DNA from: the human T2T-CHM13v2.0 reference genome, Homo sapiens
Direction: 5' to 3'
Assembly: GCA_009914755.4 (NCBI GenBank)
Contig: CP086569.2
Location: 62,080,001-62,144,000, forward strand
DNA length: 64,000 nucleotides
Shown here: positions 1 through 16,941 of the stretch, piece by piece
How positions within the stretch are numbered: position 1 is the first letter of the stretch
How the letters are laid out: every line of letters starts with the position of its first letter
Position numbers and translations under genes: made by a program
Notes under the pieces: generated by a model
The model's database searches: none
The model's input: the letters and a program-made list of their open reading frames with translations, nothing else
Told to the model about the DNA's origin: nothing

Positions 1-3000
1 GACCTGATCACCCAGGTGATGTAACTCTTGTCTAGGCTCTGCCTGCTGGAGACATTGTGACTTATCTCTGCACTGATCACCCAGGTGATGTATCTCTTGT
101 CTAGGCTCTGGCCACAGGGACATAGTGACATATATCTGCACTGATCACACAGGTAATGTAACTCTTCCCTAGTCTTTGCCTACAGAGGGCGTTGTGACAT
201 ATCTCTGCACTGATCTCTCAGGTGAGGTTACTCTTGTCTAGTCTCTGCCTACAGAGGGCGTTGTGACATCACTCTGCAATGATCACCCAGGTGATGTAAC
301 CATTGTCTGGGCTCTACCTACATGGACATTGTAACATGTCTCTGCACTGATCACCCAGGTGATGTAAATTTTGTCTAGGCTCTGCTCACAGGGGCATTTT
401 GACATATCTCTGCACTGATCACCGAGATGATGTAACTCTTCTCTGGGCTTTGCCGACAGGACTAATTGAGACATATCTCTACACTGATCACCGAGGTGAT
501 GCAACTCTTGTCTAGGCATTGCTTACAGGGTGCATTGTAACATATCTCTGCACTGATCACCCAGGTGATGCAACTCTTCTCTAGGTTTTGCCTACAGAGT
601 GCATTGTGACATATCTCTGCAGTGATCTCCCCGGTGATGTAACCTTTGCCTAGGCTCTGGCCACGCGTCATTGTGACATATCACTGCACTGATCACCCAT
701 GTGATATAACTCTTGTCTAGGCTCTGCCTATAGTGGCATTGTGACATATCTCTGCACTGATCACCCATGTGATATAACTCTTGTCTGGGCTCTGCCTACA
801 GTGGCATTGTGACATATCTCTGCACTGATCACCCAGGTGATATAACTATTGTCTAGGATCTGCCTACAGGCTGCTTTGTGACATATCCCTGCAATGATCA
901 TCCAGGTGATGTACCATTTGTCAAGGCTCTCCTTAAAGGGGCATTGCGATGTATCTCTGCACTGATCACCTAGGTCATGTGACTCTTGTCTAGGCTCTGC
1001 CTGCAGTGGCATTGTGACATATCTCTGCACTGATCACCCAGGTGATATAACTCTTGTCTGGGATCTGCCTAAATGGACTTTGTGACAGAACCCTGCACTG
1101 ATCATCCAGGTGATGGGGTTTTTGTCTAGGCTCTTCCTACGGGGGCATTCTGACTTATTTCTGCACTGATCACCCAGGTGACGGACTCTTGTCTTGCATC
1201 TGCCTATGGGGGCATTGTGACATATCTCAGCACTGATCACCCAGGTGGTGTAACTGTTGTATAAGCTCTACCTACAGGGGAATTGTGAGAGATGTCTTTA
1301 CTCATCCCCCAAGTAATGTAACTATTGCCTAGGCTTAGCCTACAGGGGGCTTTGTGACATAACTTTGCACTCACCACCCAGGTGATGTAACTCATTTAAG
1401 CTCTGCCTACAGGGGCTTTGTGACATATCTCTGCACTTATCACTCCTGGAGAGAGAATTCTTGGCTAGGCTCTGCCCACAGGGAGCTTTGTGACATATAT
1501 CTCTGCACTGATCACGTAGGTGATGTAACACTTTTATAAGCTCTGCCTACAGGGAATTTTGACAAATCTCTGCACTGATCACCTAGGTCATTTAACAGTT
1601 CTCTACGCGCTGCCTACAGGGGGCAATGTGAAAAATCTCTGCACTGATCACCCCGGTGATGCAAGTCTTGTCTAGGATCTGCCTACAGTGGGTATTGTGA
1701 AATATCTCAGCACTGATCACCTAGGTGATGTAACTTTTTTCTACCCTCTGCCTACAGGGGGCAATGTGAAAAATCTCTGCACTGATCACCCAGGTGATGC
1801 AAGTCTTGTCTAGGATCTGCCTAAAGGGGCATTTTAACATATCTCTGAACTGATGGCAAAGGTGATGTAACTCTTGCCTAGGCTCTGCCTACAGGGGACA
1901 TCGTGACATATCTCTGCACTGATCACCCAGGTGATGTAACTCCTGTCTAGGCTCTGCCTACAGGGGCATTTTAATATATCACTGCACTGATCACCGAGGT
2001 GATGCAACTCTTGTCTGGGATCTGCCCACAGGGGGCATTGTGACATATCTCTGACGTGATCACCCAGGTGATGTAACTCTTGTCTAGGCTCTGCCTACTG
2101 GAGACATTGTGATAGACATTGTGACTTATCTCTGCACTGATCACCCAGGTGATGGAACTCTTGTCTAGGCTCTGGCAACAGGGACATAGTGACATATATC
2201 TGCACTGATCACACAGGTGATGTAACTCTTTTCTAGTCTTTGACTACAGAGGGCGTTGTGACATATCTCTGCACTGATCTCTCAGGTGAGGTAACTCTTG
2301 TCTAGTATCTGCCTACAGAGGGCGTTGTGACATCACTCTGCAATGATCACCCAGGTGATGTAACCCTTGTCTAGGCTCTGCCTACATGGACATTGTGACA
2401 TGTCTCTGCACTGATCACCCAGGTGATGTAAATTTTGTCTGGGCTCTGCCCACAGGTGCATTTTGACATATCTCTGCACTGGTCACGGAGAAGATGTAAC
2501 TCTTCTCTGGGCTTTGCCGACAGGAGGCATTGAGACATATCTCTGCACTGATCACCGAGATGATGCAACTCTAGTCTGGGCTCTGCCTACAGGGTGCTTG
2601 TGACCTATCTGCCCTGATCACCCAGGTGATATAACTCTTGTCTAGGCTCTGCCTCAAGGGGGTATTGTGACATATCTCTGCACTGATCACCCAGGTAATG
2701 CAACTCTTCTCTAGGCTCTGCCTACAAGGTCCTTTGTGACATCACTATGTATTGATCATCCCGGTGATGTAACTTTTGTCTCAGCTCTGCCTACAGGGGC
2801 TTCGTGACATATCTCTGCACTGATCACCCAGGTGATGGGACTTTTGTCTAGGCTCTGCCTATGGGGGCATTGTGACATATCTCTACACTGATCACCCAGG
2901 TGATGTAACTCTTATGTTGGGTCTGCCTATGGGGGCATTGCAACATATTTCCGCACTGATCACCCTGGTGATGGGACTCTTGCTTACGCTCTGCCTGCAG

Positions 3001-6000
3001 TTGCATTTTGAAATATATCTTTACTGATCAACCAGGTGATGTAACCCTTGTCTGGGATCTGCCTACAGGGTGCTTTGTGACATATCCCTACAATGGTCAC
3101 CCAGGTGATATACCACTTGTCAAGGCTCTGCCTAAAGGGGCTTTGCTGTGTATCTCTTCACTGATCACCTAGGTCATGAAACTCTTGTCTAGGCTCTGCT
3201 TACAGGGGGTATTTTGACATATCTCTGCACTGATCACCTAAGTGATGTAACACTTGAGTAGGCTCTGCCTACACTGGCATTTTGACATACTCTGCCCTGA
3301 TAAGCAAGGTGATTTAACTCTTGTCTACGCTGTTCCCACATGGGGATTGAGACGTATCTCTGCACTGATCCCGAGGTGATCCAACTCTTTTCTGGGCTCT
3401 GCCTACTGGGGACATTGTGACATATCTCTGCACTGATCTCCCAGGTGATGAAACTTTTGTCTAGGCTCTGGCTACACGGCATTGTGACATATCACTGCAC
3501 TTATCACCCAGGTGATATAACTCTTGTCTAGGCTCTGCCTACAGGGACCTTGTGACATATCTCTGCACTGCTCACCCAGGTGATGTACCATCTGTCAAGG
3601 CTCTGCCTACAGAGGCATTGCGATGTATCTCTGCACTGATCACCTAGGTCATGTAACTCTTGTCTAGACTCTGCCTACACTGGCATTGTGACATATCCCT
3701 GCACTGATCACCCAGGTTATGTAACTCTTGTCTAGGATCTGCCTACAGGGTGCTTTGTGACATATGCCTGCAATTATCACCCAGGTGATGTACCACTTGT
3801 CAAGGCTCTGCCTACAGGAGCATTGTTATGTATCTCTGCACTGATCACCTGGGTCATGTAACTCTTGCCTAGGCTCTGCCTACAGTGGCATTGCGACATA
3901 TCTCTGCTCTGATCACCCAACTGATTTAACTCTTGTCTAGGATCTGCCTAAAGGGTCTTTGTGACGTAACTCTGCCCTCATCATCCAGGTGATGGGGCTT
4001 TTGTCTAGGCTCTGCCTACGGGGGCATTGTGACGTATTTCTGCTCTGATCACCCAGGTGACGGACTCTTGTCTTGCATCTGCCTATGGGGGCATTATGAC
4101 ATATCTCTGCACTGATCACCGAGGTGATGTAACTGTTGTATAAGCTCTGCCTACTTGTGAGTTGTGAGAGATCTCTCCACTGATCGCCCAAGTGATTTAA
4201 CTATTGTCTTGGCTTTTCCTACACGGGGCTTTGTGACATATCTGTTCACTGATCACCCAGGTGATGTAACTCATCTAAGCTCTGCCTACAGGGGCCTTGT
4301 GATATATCTCTGCACTGATCACTCCCGGGGTGGGAATTCTCGTCTAGGCTCTGCCTACAGGGGGCTTTGTGACATATCTCTGCACTGATCACCTAGGTGA
4401 TGTAACAGTTTTATAAGCTCTGCCTACAGGGAATTTTGACAAATCTCTGCACTGATCACCTAGGTGATGTAACTCTTGTTTAGGCTCTGCCTACAGGGGG
4501 CATTTTGATATATCTCTGCACTGATCACCCAGGTGATGCAACTCTTCTCTAGGAACTGCCTAAAGGGGGTATTGTGAAATATCTCTGCACTGATCAACTA
4601 GGTGATGTAACTCTTGTCTAGGCTCTACCTACAGAGGCATTTTGATGTATCTCTGAACTGACGAGAAAGGTGATGTAACTCTTGCCTAGGCTTTGCCACA
4701 GGGGACTTTGTGACATATCTCTGCACTGATCACCCAGGTGATGTAACTCTTCTCTGGGCTCTGCCTACAGGGGACTTTGTGACATATCTCTGCACTGATC
4801 AACTAGGTGATGTAACTCTTGTCCAGGCTCTGCCTATGGGGGCATTGTGACGTATCTCTGCAATGATCAATCCGGAGATGTGACATTTGTCTAAGCTCTG
4901 ACTACATGGGTCCTGGGACACTTCTCTGCACTGATCACTGAGGTTATTTAAAACTTGTCTAGGCTTTGCCTACAGTGGGATTTTTGACATATCTCTGCAC
5001 TGATCTCCCAGTTGATGTAACTCTTGTCTAGACTTTGCCTACAGGGGGTATTTTGAGGTATCTCTGCACTGATCACCGAGGTGATGTAACTCATGTCTAC
5101 GCTCTGCCTACTGGAGACATCGTGACATATCTCTGCATTGATCACCCAGATGTTGTAACTCTTTTCTATGCGTGGCCACAGGAACATAGTGACATATATC
5201 TGCGCTGATCACATATGTGATGTAACTCTTGACTATTGTTTGCCTACAGAGTGCGTTGTGACACATCTCCGCACTGATCTCTCAGGTGAGGTAACTCTTG
5301 TCTAGTATCTACCTACAGAGGGCATTGTGACATCACTCTGCAATGATCACCCAGGTGATGTAACACTTGTCTAGACTCTGCTTACATGGACATTGTGACT
5401 TGTCTGAGCACTGATCACCCAGGTGATGTAAATTTTTTCTAGGCTCTGCTCACAGGGGCATTTTGACATATCTCTGCACTGATCAACGAGATGATGTAAC
5501 TCTTGTCTGGGCTTTGCCTACAGGAGGCATTGAGACATACCTCTGCACTGATCACCGAGGTGATGCAACTCTTGTCTGGGCTCTGCCTACAGGGACATTG
5601 TGACATATCTCTGCTCTGATCACCCAGGTGATGTAACTCTTGTCTGGGCTCTGCCTACAGGGGTTATTGTGACATATCTTTGCACTGATCACTCAGGTGA
5701 TGGGACTATTTTCTATACTCTGCCTAGAGGTGGATTCGTGACATAGTCTCTGCACTGATAACCCAGGTGATGGAATTCTTGTCTAGGTTCTGTCTATGGG
5801 GGCATTGTGTGAAATATCTGCACTGATCACTCAGGTGATGTAACTCTTGTCTAGGCTCTGTCCACAGGGATTTTTGTGACATATCACTGCACTGATCACA
5901 TAGATGATGTAACTCTTGTCTAGGCTCTGCCTACAGAGGAATTTTGATGTAACACTGCACTGATCACCCAGGTGATGTAACTTTTGTCTAGGCTCTGCCT

Positions 6001-7295
6001 ATAGGGGGCATTGTGACATATCTCTGCACTGATCACTCAGGTGATGTAACTCTTGTCTAGGCTCTGCCTACAGGGGGTATTGTGACATATCTCTGCACTG
6101 ATCACCTAAGTGATGTAACACTTGTGTAGGCTCTGCCTACAGGAACATTTTGAGATATATCTGCACTGTTAACCGAGGTGATGTAACTCTTGTCTAGGCT
6201 GTCCCCACAGGGGGATTGAGACATATCTCTGTACTGATCCCGAGGTGATCCAACTCTTGTCTGGGCTCTGCCTACTGGGGATATTGTGACATATCTCTGC
6301 ACTGATCTCCCAGGTGATGAAATTTTGTCTAGGTTCTCGCTACATGGCACTGTGACATATCTCTGCCCTGATCACCCGAGTGATGTAACTCTTGTCTAGG
6401 ATCTGCCTACAGGGTGCTTTTTGATATATCCCTGCAATGGTCACCCAGGTGATATACCACTTGTCAAGGCTCTGCCTACAGGGGCATTGCGATGTATCTC
6501 TGCACTGATCACCTAGGTCATGTAACTCTTGTCTAGGCTCTGCCTACAGTGGCATTGTGACATATCTCTGCCCTGATCAACCAGGTGATGTAACACTTGT
6601 CTAGGATCTGCCTAAAGGGACTTTGTGACATAACTCTGCACTGATTATCCAGGTGATGTGGCTTTTTTCTAGGCTCTGCCTATGGGGACATTGTGACGTG
6701 TTTCTGCCCTGAGCACCCAGGTGATGGACTCTTGTCTTGCGTCTGCCTATGGGGGCTTTGTGACATATCTCTGCACTGATCACCCAGGTGATGTAACTGT
6801 TGTATAAGCTCTGCCTACAGGGGAATTGTGAGAGATCTGTCCACTGATCACCCAACTGATGTAACTATTGTCTAGGCTTTGCCTACAGTGGGCTTTGTGA
6901 CATATCTTTACACGGATCACCCAGGTGATGTAACTCATCTAAGCTCTGCCTACAGGTGCCTATGACATATCTCTGCACTGATCACCTGGGTGATGTAACA
7001 CTTTTATAATCTCTACCTACAGGGAATTTTGACAAATCTCTGCCCGGATCATCTAGGTGATGTAACTCTTGTCTACCCTCTGCCTACAGGGGGCATTGTG
7101 AAATATGTCTGCACTGATCACCCAGGTGAGGCAACTCTTGTCTAGGATTTGCCTACAGTGGGTATTGTGAAATATCTCTGCAATGATCACCTAGCTGATG
7201 TAACACTTGTCTACCCTCTGCCTACAGGAGGCATTGTGAAATATCTCTGCACTGATCACACAGGTGATGCAACTCTTGTCTAGGATCTGCCTACA
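1..7295. repeat. Beta satellite (BSR, Sau3A 68-bp family) tandem array, about 106 monomers
   Basis: Head-to-tail monomers of 68-69 bp, measured from the spacing of the recurring ctgatcac motif at positions 4, 73, 141, 210 and 279. Monomer consensus is roughly ctgcactgatcacccaggtgatgtaactcttgtctaggctctgcctacagggggcattgtgacatatct. Each monomer carries a GATC. The reverse complement matches the remembered BSR consensus (gatcagtgcagagatatgtcacaatgcccc...). Confidence 0.8.
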
Positions 7296-10908
<3,613 letters not shown>

Positions 10909-10957
10909 AAACTGTGTGAACAAGGAATTCTTTGTCACATCTGTGCTTTGGTCAGTA

Positions 10958-11169
10958 ATAGACCAGCAAGCAATTCATCCAGTCATCGTGGGCGTGGCTC
11001 CAGGAGGACTTCCTGCGTCCATGGAAGGGATCATCCCTGGAGGCATCCCAGTGACTCACAACCTCCCGACAGTGGCACATACTTCCCAAGCGCCCTCTCC
11101 CAACCAGCCCACAATCACGGGGACAATCGAGAGCAACCCAACGAGAAATAGTAGTGAATGCCGGAAGGT
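10958..11169 (+). other. Candidate exon-like segment (unidentified)
   Basis: Segment of about 210 bp with about 9 CpGs retained. ORFs are open in the + frames (99 aa, 67 aa). A polypyrimidine tract plus AG precedes it (ttctttgtcacatctgtgctttggtcag at 10931-10957). An AAG|GTAATC donor-like site lies at 11169/11170. Downstream about 1.1 kb is AT-rich with AATAAA motifs. No protein family was recognised. Confidence 0.15.
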
Positions 11170-13084
11170 AATCATTTTGATACACTTGGGAACAAGGACA
11201 GTGAAAAATAGATGAACTAAGAGAAAAAGAATCTGACGCTCTTTTTAGCTGATTCTGGACATATGCATTATTGATGTTGCAGTGTTAAAACTACAAGCGT
11301 TAGAAAGTTGAAGATGTTGTCTGTTTACGGAAGCTCTGAAAGACTAGGGTGTGATTTATTAACGACCAGCTTCCGTTATTGTGTGTTAAGTTTTTCATCT
11401 GTGCGTCAAATCACAAAGAATAAATAGAACTTTTTCCTTTATCAGTCCCTTGGGCACAGCAGGTCAGGAACACCCTGCTCAGAATGTTGCATCAGGACTT
11501 CAAACATCAAAATAAAAACCATGAGGAGGAAATCCCCATCTTGTCACTTGAGTCCCTTCAGTCTACAGGGACTGGTTACAGCTTTTTGCTAATAGGAAGA
11601 TCACATTATTAGAAAATGTGGAGTAAACTATTTGCCTGTGGTAGACACCTGCACGCATAGGATTGAAGACAGTACCGGCTCCTGTACAGAGAAGCGTCTC
11701 TCACATCTGAACTGCATGCTGAGTGGGCAAGTTGGTTGTAAGTTCAGAAAAAGCCTCCGATAATGCAAAAAAAAAAAAAACAGTATTAAGTTTCACAAGC
11801 TGTTTGTAATCAAAAATATTTTCTCAGTTTCAGATGCTCTGCTATTTTATTGAGTGGAAAGTCTTGCACTAAAAAGACTCAAGAAAAATAATGTTGCTTT
11901 TTCTGTCACAAGAAACACTTTTAGTGGTAACTTGTCAGATTGTCTATGAACAAATCCACTTTTTAAGACACTGATAAAGTCTTCTTTTCTTCACGTTGTA
12001 TTTTATACAAGAACACTTCAGATGTATTGGATGTGACTGATTTTAACAAATCCTATTTGATTTGCATCGATTAGTTACATGTTCTGTTCATAGTCTTTTG
12101 TGAATCATTGCCTTTTTGTTTAAAAAATGGCCTATTTTGATCGTTTGGTTAGGTACCTTCCTGTTTTTGTGACAAAAGAAAAACTTTAAAATTGTCACAA
12201 ACAGAAAAATAATGGCTATCAGAAGTATCCTTTGTTTTAGTGCGAGTTAACGTTACTGTAGTTGTTTATTGTAAAGATGGACATTTAGCATTCAGTGCAG
12301 TTTTCAATAAAATGTAATTAGAAAAAAACTACGTAATTAACAAAAACAGAGCATAGACAACAAAATAATATTAGAAGTGATACATAAAGAAAATGAGATA
12401 TCAATAAAAAGATTTTTAAAAACCAACAAAAACTGTGAATCTGAACAACACAATAACTAGTTGATGATACTGTAGTTATAAATACTGAGTCATGAAAACA
12501 AATTATTTAAACAGAATAGAGAAAAAAATATGGGACGTACTGCACACCATCAAGTAGACCATTGTATTTATAAATGGAGTCTTAGAAAAAAAATACAGCA
12601 GAAAAGTAATAAAGAGATTATTTTTAAAAAGTAGCTGAGAAATCCCCAGATGACAAGGTAATTAAACAAGAAGATATACTGCCAAACAAAAACCTTCAAC
12701 TGGAATAATTTCACTTCAGAAATAAAAAAAAAAAAATAAGCCTTTCCAGAATAAATAAAAGTTGAGTGTGTTACTAACCACTAGATCAGTCGTAAAGGAA
12801 ATGTAAAAGAAAGTCTATCAAGTACAAAAATGAAATGATGCTGCACAGCATCATAACAGCATATGAAAATAGAAAGTGCTATATTAAAGGTAAATATATA
12901 AACAGGTATAGAAATCTCTATTGTCATAATGATGGTGCACAAAATTTTCAAAATATTGCTATGGAGTTTAAAAAATGAAGCATAAATCTGCATAAATGTG
13001 TGTTCATAGTTACTCAATAAGAAAAGATAATATGTGATATTAATAACACAGTGGGGGTATGAAAAGGTACAACTTTGCATTCAG

Positions 13085-13508
13085 TTGAAATATGGTTGTT
13101 ATATATTATCATAACTGTAAGATGATTTATGAAGTCTTTATTTCTCAAGATGATTACCAAAAATACCTGTAGACCTCTGGTCGTCCTCCCACTGCTACAT
13201 TCCCACTAGCGCCACCACAGTTTACAGATGCCATGGCAATATCAGAAATTTACCCTACATGGTCTTAAAAAAAAAAAGGAGGCATAAATAATCCACCCCT
13301 TGTTTAACATATTATCTAGAAATAACCATAAGAATGGGTAACCAGCAGCCCTCGGGCTGCTCTGTCTATAGAGTAGCCATTCTTTTATTCTTCTACTTTC
13401 TTAATAAACTTGCTATCACTTTACTCTATGGACTCGCCCTGAATTCTTTCTTGCACCAGATCCAATAACCCTCTCTTGGAGTCTAGATCAGGACACCTTT
13501 CCTATAAC
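13085..13508 (+). mobile_element. Probable solo LTR (ERV1/gammaretrovirus-like R-U5 architecture)
   Basis: Contains aataaacttgctatcactttactctatggactcgccctgaattctttcttgcaccagatccaataaccctctcttggagtctagatcaggacacc, which resembles ERV1 LTR R/U5 with a polyadenylation signal. Termini roughly TG...CA. Family not determined. Confidence 0.4.
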
Positions 13509-13696
13509 AGAAGGATGGGAAACAACTGGAACCTTCATCAACAGCTGGCAGATTGTAAACTGATACAGCCACTGCAAAATTTTTAGCAGTATCTCCTAAA
13601 ACTGTACACATGCTCTATAAAGCACTTGCACTCCCAGACAGAGATCAAATTAAAGTACACAGGTGTGCACCAAAAGGTAAGGACAAGAAAGTTCAG

Positions 13697-13980
13697 GGCC
13701 GGGAACAGTGGCTCATGCCTGCAATTCCAGCACTTTGGGAGGCCGAGGCAGGCAGATCACCTGAGGTCAGGAGTTCGAGACCAGCCCGACCAACATGGTA
13801 AAACCCCGTCTCTACTAAAAAAAAATTAGCCAGGCGTGGTGGTGGGCACCTGTAATCCCAGCTTCTTGGGAGGCCGAGGCAGGGAGAATTGCTTGAACCC
13901 AGGAGGTGGAGGTTGCAGTGAGCTGAGATTGTGCCATTGCACTCCAGCCTGGGTGACAAGAGCAAGACTCCATCTCCAAA
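13697..13980 (+). mobile_element. Alu (AluS-like), full length
   Basis: Begins ggccgggaacagtggctcatgcctgcaattccagcactttgggaggccgaggcaggcagatcacctgaggtcaggagttcgagaccagc. The right monomer ends gcactccagcctgggtgacaagagcaagactccatctcc. Confidence 0.9.
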
Positions 13981-14035
<55 letters not shown>

Positions 14036-14137
14036 GAAAGAAAAGAAAGAAAAGAAAGAAAGAAAAGAAAGAAAGAAAGAAAGAAAAGAAAGAAAGAAGG
14101 AAAGAAGGAAAGAAGGAAAGAAGGAAAGAAGGAAGGA

Positions 14138-14196
<59 letters not shown>
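13978..14196. repeat. (AAAG)n microsatellite, about 219 bp, with AAAAG/AAGG/AAAGG variants
   Basis: Direct reading: aaagaaagaaag... replaces the Alu poly(A) tail. The ORF-track entries KERKKERKK and FLSFFLSF are its translations. Confidence 0.9.
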
Positions 14197-14214
14197 TTAG
14201 TTAATAATGGCATT

Positions 14215-14793
<579 letters not shown>

Positions 14794-14929
14794 TTAGGTG
14801 TTAACTATGTGAAAATTTTGAGTTGTACGTTCATGATCTCCTTACCTGTATGCCTCTCATACCACAATAAAAAAAATTAAGTACGAGACTAACATAATAG
14901 AGCTTGAAATGTGCAGAAATTGAGGGAGC

Positions 14930-15640
14930 TCGCCCAAGGAAATCATTACTAAACAGATACTAAAAGATTTCAGACAGGAGGAAAATGATCCCAAGTGGAA
15001 GATCTGGGATATAAGAAGAAATGAAGAGCAGGAAAAAGACAGGTGAATATATGGATAAAACTAAACAAATGTGAAATGTATAAAACAATAGAAGTAATGT
15101 CCCATGAAATATAAAAAGAAAAATGATAAAATATATCAAAACAACTTTGATGGGTCACAAGATAATTATGCTGAATAAAAAAACTCAATCTCAAAATATT
15201 AGACATTGTATGGATTCATTTACATGTGTTCTTGAAATAAAGTTACAGAGATGAAAAACCCATTAGTGGTTGCCAGGGGTCAGGGAGTGAGGAACGTGTT
15301 TGTGACTATAAAATGGGTAGCACAAGGGATCCATCCTTCTGATGGAACTCTTCTATATCTTGACGATGGTGATGGTGATTAGGTATCTAATCTATGTACA
15401 CGATAAAATTTCATAGCACTAAATACACAAAAAAACCTAAAAGTGCACATAAAACTGGTGAAATCTGAACAAGGTAGTTATGCAAGACGTTACCATTGGG
15501 AGAAACTGAGTGAAGACTATATTGGATTTCTTTATATTATTTCTTAAAAGCACCTGTGAATCTGCAATTATGTCAAAACAAAAAGTTGAAAATATACTGT
15601 TGTAGCATAACTCAAGAGGAGTTTAATGCAATGAAAGTAT
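14930..15640 (+). mobile_element. Ancient L1 (L1M/L1MA-like) 3' end
   Basis: Contains ggttgccaggggtcagggagtgaggaa...ctgatggaactcttctatatcttgacgatggtgatggtgattaggtatctaatctatgtacacgataaaatttcatagcactaaatacacaaaaaa, matching the generic L1M 3'UTR. Confidence 0.5.
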
Positions 15641-16055
15641 TCTTAAGTTATCCTATCACCCAGGAGGAGGATAAATTTTCAACTTTCATAACTTAAATAT
15701 GCACATTTAAATTAGCATGACAGTTACTAAAAGAATATAAACAAAGACTAACTTAAAATGACTAGAGAAGAAAAAAATCCCACCAATTGAAAAGAAGGCA
15801 AGAAAGGAAAAAAGAAACATAAGTAGGATAAATAGAAAGTGACAAAATGACACAAACACACATGCATGTACATACACACCACTCACCATCTATACAGAAT
15901 CCAAGTATGTCAGAATACAAATACATGCAAATGGACTAAGTAATCCAATTAAAGATGGATAAATTGTTAAAATCCCATTCCATGCTATTTATAAGTCATA
16001 TTTAAAATACAAAGATATAGAATGATTTTAAAAGGTATTAAAATATGTATCAGAG

Positions 16056-16334
16056 GAGCTGGACTTGGCGGCACATGCCTGTAATCCCAGTGACTCAGGA
16101 AGCAGAGGTGAGAGGATCACTTGAGACCAAGAGCTCAAGACCAGCCTGGGCAATATAGCCAAATTCTATCTCTAAAGAAATAAAAACAATTATTTGGCAG
16201 TGGTGGCACACATCACTCTAAAGACTGAGGTAGGAGGATCATTTGAGCCCAGGAGTTTAAGGCAGCAGAGAGCCACAGTCACGCCTGTGAACAGCCCCTG
16301 CACTATAGCCTTGGCAGCACAGTGGAAAAAAAAA
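16056..16334 (+). mobile_element. Alu (old, AluJ-like)
   Basis: ggcggcacatgcctgtaatcccagtgactcaggaagcagaggtgagaggatcacttgagaccaagagctcaagaccagcctgggcaatatagc...cctgcactatagccttggcagcacagtggaaaaaaaaa; diverged. Confidence 0.7.
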
Positions 16335-16335
16335 T

Positions 16336-16357
16336 ACACACACACACACACACACAC
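16336..16357. repeat. (CA)n microsatellite
   Basis: acacacacacacacacacac immediately after the Alu tail. Confidence 0.8.
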
Positions 16358-16941
16358 GTGAAAGATACACAGTGCAAAGTTTAACCAAAGTTACCATAGC
16401 TATATCATACATAATGTTGAAAGCATACATAAATGAAGGAAAACATTTCATTTTGATAAAAGTTCAAATTAAAAAAAAGATGTATATTTTTTGAATCATA
16501 TGCACCCAAGTACAGCCTCAAAAAGCAAAAGTTGACAGATGAGGAGACAGACAAATCCATGCTTCTAGTAGGATATTTAATATATCTCTCAGTAAATAAA
16601 GTATAAAAATAATTAGGGAGGATGAAGATTTAAAATTATGAAAAAATAGACTAAATGCACACATACAGAACATGAGATTTAACTGCAGAAATAGACTTCC
16701 CTTCAAGAAACTGTGGACACGTTCAAAAATTAACCATATAGACGAGTGTTAAAACAAGTAAAAAATTTCAAAGAAAGTGGAGAGATCATAATTTCTGGTA
16801 ACAATTTTAGAAACTTTCTAAAAGTATACTTTTAAATAGCCCATAGCTTGAAGATAAAATAAGGCAAATTCATCATCAATTCTACATATTTAAAACTGTA
16901 GGATATAATTAAATCCATTCATAAGGGGAAAATGATAGTCT

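Noticed and set aside
1-7295. The regularly spaced array as a CRISPR array or other prokaryotic repeat-spacer structure
   Set aside because: Units are contiguous head-to-tail with no unique spacers. The flanks are Alu- and L1-rich primate DNA. The monomer matches the human beta-satellite family.
13815-14213. ORFs encoding KERKKERKK... (122 aa, +) and FLSFFLSF... (132 aa, -)
   Set aside because: These are translations of the (AAAG)n microsatellite.
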